A DNA stretch of 64,000 nt from Selaginella moellendorffii (lineage: Eukaryota; Plantae; Lycopodiophyta): NCBI RefSeq assembly GCF_000143415.4, contig NW_003314261.1:1372586-1436585 (forward strand). Reading direction: 5' to 3'. A program made the position numbers and the translations under genes. How positions within the stretch are numbered: the first letter of the stretch is position 1; each line of letters begins with the position of its first letter. Below are positions 60,449-64,000 of the stretch, piece after piece. The notes under the pieces are model-generated. The model saw only the letters and a program-made list of their open reading frames with translations, searched no databases and was not told the DNA's origin.

Positions 60449-60994
60449 ATGGCTCAAAGGAGACCCATTGCTAATCGTACTTGGCCCCCTAGCATTTCAT
60501 ATCAATCTCCACCTCCATCCCCAAGTTCTACCAACATTCCACCTTCACCTCTACATAACAATCCTTTTTCTGCTGAGGGCTCTAGTGAAGCTGAATTAGA
60601 GCTCCCTATATGTGAAATTCCGGATCTTGCTACTAGAGAGGGATTGCCTTTAGCGCTTCAAGAGCAATGCCATATGTTTTTGCAAGATCTTGCTCCTGAC
60701 ATGGCAGGACTACTTGAAAGCACAGAACGCTATTACATTCGGTGTCCAATATGCTACTTTTTCTTGGACAAGACAAATGGCTCTATGGGTTTACAAACTT
60801 TTCTTGAGCACTGTAAGAATTGCCCAACGGCAGGTCTGGAAAATGTGCACATGTGGATGTACAATAGATTCAAGAATGAGTTACAGACACATACCCACTA
60901 TCGCTTCATGGTGAGGAACAACATCCCCTTGGGAAACACTGCATTGGCTAGTGCAAAATATGGGGTTTTTAGGCCACCCTATAGTGGAATGTAA
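60449..60994 (+). CDS. Intronless Pro/Ser-rich protein with a zinc finger (zf-XS-like CxxC..H..H)
   Basis: 181-codon ORF in AT-rich context; CPIC-x18-HC-x11-H; TATA box upstream. Confidence 0.55.
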   Translation: MAQRRPIANRTWPPSISYQSPPPSPSSTNIPPSPLHNNPFSAEGSSEAELELPICEIPDLATREGLPLALQEQCHMFLQDLAPDMAGLLESTERYYIRCPICYFFLDKTNGSMGLQTFLEHCKNCPTAGLENVHMWMYNRFKNELQTHTHYRFMVRNNIPLGNTALASAKYGVFRPPYSGM

Positions 60995-61206
60995 GATCTA
61001 GAATTACTTTACTATACTATAGTATTGTCACTATTAAAAGAAAAAATATAATAAAATGATATTAGTTGTAGGTAACATACCTTGTTCTAGAAGGTGCTAT
61101 CATATCACATACAATTGTTTACAAAATGTTGAAGGAGGAGATGGCAACACACAAACGCTACAAAGTGATGGTGACAGGTGAGAATGATAATCTATAATTA
61201 TGGTAT

Positions 61207-61308
61207 CTGACACTGACACTGACATCTGACAATTTTACTGACATCTGACAATTTTACTAACATCTGACAATTTTACTGACATCTGACACTTTCACTGACA
61301 TCTAACAT
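61207..61308. repeat. 19-bp tandem repeat (about 5 copies)
   Basis: gacatctgacaattttact units between the convergent 3' ends. Confidence 0.85.
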
Positions 61309-61341
61309 ATAACAAGCTTTCCATTTTATGTAAGGATGCAA

Positions 61342-64000
61342 TTAACTTTCTTCTGCCTCATCATCAACATAATGATTTCTTTTATACTTCCTCCTATAGT
61401 GGTATTGTGGGGAAGATTCACCTTGCATATGTTGAGCCATGGCTTCTGCATAGTCAGGGAGACTTTGAAAGCCTCCAATTCTAGAAACTCCAGGTGACTG
61501 TGATCTATAAAATAGAATGAAATATATATTGAAATTTTAATAAACATAATTTACCTCCTTGAGGTTGAAGGCAACTCACGAAATCCTCTGAGCCGGCGTT
61601 TGAAGAAATGATGTTCTTCAATAGCAAACACCGACCTACCAGAGTCACGTGCTGCCTCCACCATAGAACCACTACCTGCTGTGCAATCAATCACAATACC
61701 ATCTGGTGGGCAATAGAGCTCAAGCAAGACTTGCATTGCTGATGGAGTTCGGAATCGGTACCCTGGAAACGTGTTGCGGATCTGCTCATCCACAAGGTTG
61801 GGTATGATGTTAGTGGAACTGTCGTACCCAGGCAAAACACGTGCTGCACGTTCACTATCACGAAACCCATCATGTGTGTTTCTGCAGAAGGCATGATAGG
61901 TCCACATCATAACCTGGAAAATAAAAATGTTTAGAAATTAGATAAAAATATAAAATACATACCTTTTCAGGCTTCCCTTGGACGCCCCTCGCATCAACGC
62001 CAATAGGATCCATAATGCACCCGGAAGAGAATGACTTGAAATGAACTTCTGCTGCACACGTCATAAGCTCATACATCCAGTTGGGGTCGTTCGGTAGGAT
62101 GAAGACGACATGGCCAGCTTCGAGCATAAGTGCTTCGGACAATAGGAATGCATCGCGCAAGTGGTCAGGTGTGAGAAAGTTCCAATCCTCAACTTTCCCA
62201 TCGATATCTGAAAGACCATCTGGAAAGTCGAAGAGAATGAAGTCCGCAACTGGGAGCATGGGCCTTTGTATCTTTCGGCACCAACGGTTGAACTGGCGGC
62301 GTATATCCATATTGATGTCGTCTTCCGTGAAAGATGTCAATAATCTACTGTAAGAGCCAATGAAGATACCCACAATGCCTCGTTGTGTTATTGGGGACAC
62401 AGGACGGACCTATAAAAGAGCTAAGTGAATGAAAAAAGTAATAAATAGTATGATACCGTCATATGGCGTGTTGTCGATGAGAGTTCCTCCAACTCCTCTT
62501 CACGAGCATCTCGTCGAGCTGGAATGAAATTACTACCAACAGTCATTGCTGCAAAAAACATGTATTACCACCTTTAGTTTGTAAAATTCACTTTTGCTTA
62601 CCTCGAGGTCGACGTGATATTCGGTGAACCACTTGATCATCGTTATTTACTGGTAAAACCTGATCTGGATCTTGGTTGTTTGATGGTTGAATTGGAGCCT
62701 GTTCCTGACTGTCTGGTGGTGGAACATGAACTTGATCTGGAGCTTCCTCATCCTCGTCTCTATCGTCACTTGCATTGCCATCGTTGCTAGCATTGATAAT
62801 TTCCTCGCAATCTAGTGTAGAGGTCTCCTTCCCTAGGAGTTCCAACTCCCAAGGGCATTCTATCTTCCGTGCCTTCGGAACTCTCGCAAACATTGTTGGA
62901 TACATTCCTCCATCTCTTACACCCTTTGCAACAAGTCGAGTGCAAACTGGTGCCTCAAATGGCATGCCTCTATATCGAAGATACCTGTAAACAATATATA
63001 TTAAAAAACAGTCTTAGAAATCATATTATACCTATAAGCTGCACGTCGCATGAAATAAGGTTGACCATGTTGGCAATCATAAGTTGTTGTGCTTGTAGAC
63101 TTCTCTGGCAGCCACCCCTCTTCGATCCCTTCCAATGACGTGTTGATGTAGGTGTCGAAAGACATAAATGTGCCATCTGGATCGTCACCAATGTGTGGTG
63201 CCAAGAACTTCTCACCTTCACTTATAGTTTGCGTGATGTAGACAGCCCTTCTCATCATGTTCTCAAATAGTTCTGGCAGTCCTTTCTCTCTGTTCATCAA
63301 GCAGACATTGAGGAACTCCAGAGTCTCTATCTGTTGCTTATATGGAAGCTTCGATTTTGCGATATTGTAAATCATGTCATCTGGAGTTTTGTTCACTGCA
63401 AAAGTAACATATGCATAATTAAGAAAAATGAAGTGTGATAAAAAACTTACATTCATGAGAAGAAATTTCGGCTATAGTCTCTAGCCACTCCTTCGGCCTG
63501 CGATTGTCTGCAATGCATACTAGTTTCTTCAACTTTGAGGACTTTGCATGCTGAATTTTGTGCTCAATTTGTACAAACTCAGCTGAGAGCTCTTCCCGAC
63601 TCTTCTCCGGATATGCAAGTTCGTAAGCATCCTGCTTGACCTTCACCAAAGGCTAAAAACAAAAATAATTAAAAGAGGCTTTTATAAAATAAAAGGGAAA
63701 GACATACCTTACACCACACAGCGAGCATAAAACTGATTGGGTTGTTGAACCAAGTTGTACCGTCATTTCGAGTGCGTGAGTGCCGAACAAGTGTTGCGAG
63801 ATCATCACCATAATGTTGGCGGATGTCATCCTCACTCAAGTCTGCCAAAAATCGAAGTTGCTCGATGTCATGGACAAGATTTTGTTTTTGAACAGCGAAC
63901 TGCCCAAGCCTACATTTAAACACAACAAAACAAGTTAAAGTGGAGTTAGAGGTAAAATTATAAAACTTACGCATTGATCTTTTGGCAGGCCAAGATAAGT
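61342..64000 (-). CDS. Multi-exon protein with a C-terminal beta-class N4C/N6A DNA methyltransferase-like domain (5' end outside window)
   Basis: Nine exons separated by GT-AG introns, the downstream eight checked in frame. Motif IV-like ADFILFDFPDG precedes motif X/I RTPSAMQVLLELYCPPDGIVIDCTAGSGSMVEAARDSGRSVFAIE. Last exon 61504-61342 ends YVDDEAEES*. Confidence 0.72.

Overview
Eukaryotic plant nuclear DNA with very short (~50-90 nt) GT-AG introns and tight gene spacing, most consistent with the lycophyte Selaginella (inference). 1-28.7 kb is a gene-dense block: NEPRO-like, WDR48/UAF1, GRIK/SnAK kinase, KCS, a plastid membrane protein, CYP710, GINT1, ABCI, VQ, MMTAG2, NDUFS7 and a B12D-like gene, plus an AT-rich patch carrying a disrupted B-lectin gene. 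27.9-45.3 kb is a tandem segmental duplication. Each unit carries one intact and one pseudogenised alpha2delta/CACHD1-like vWA-Cache single-pass membrane gene that keeps the amino-acid-binding motif. Unit 2 is interrupted by a copia element whose 5' LTR holds a 120-bp TG..CA element containing a tRNA-like Pol III unit. 47.6-59.1 kb is a nest of LTR retroelements, including a Tcn1-like chromovirus with a self-priming PBS and a -1 frameshift signal. 59.2-64 kb is an AT-rich island with tandem arrays, a zinc-finger ORF and an intron-containing gene ending in a prokaryote-type (beta-class N4C/N6A) DNA methyltransferase-like domain. Exon structures were assembled by eye and family calls come from motif recognition; no database search was run.
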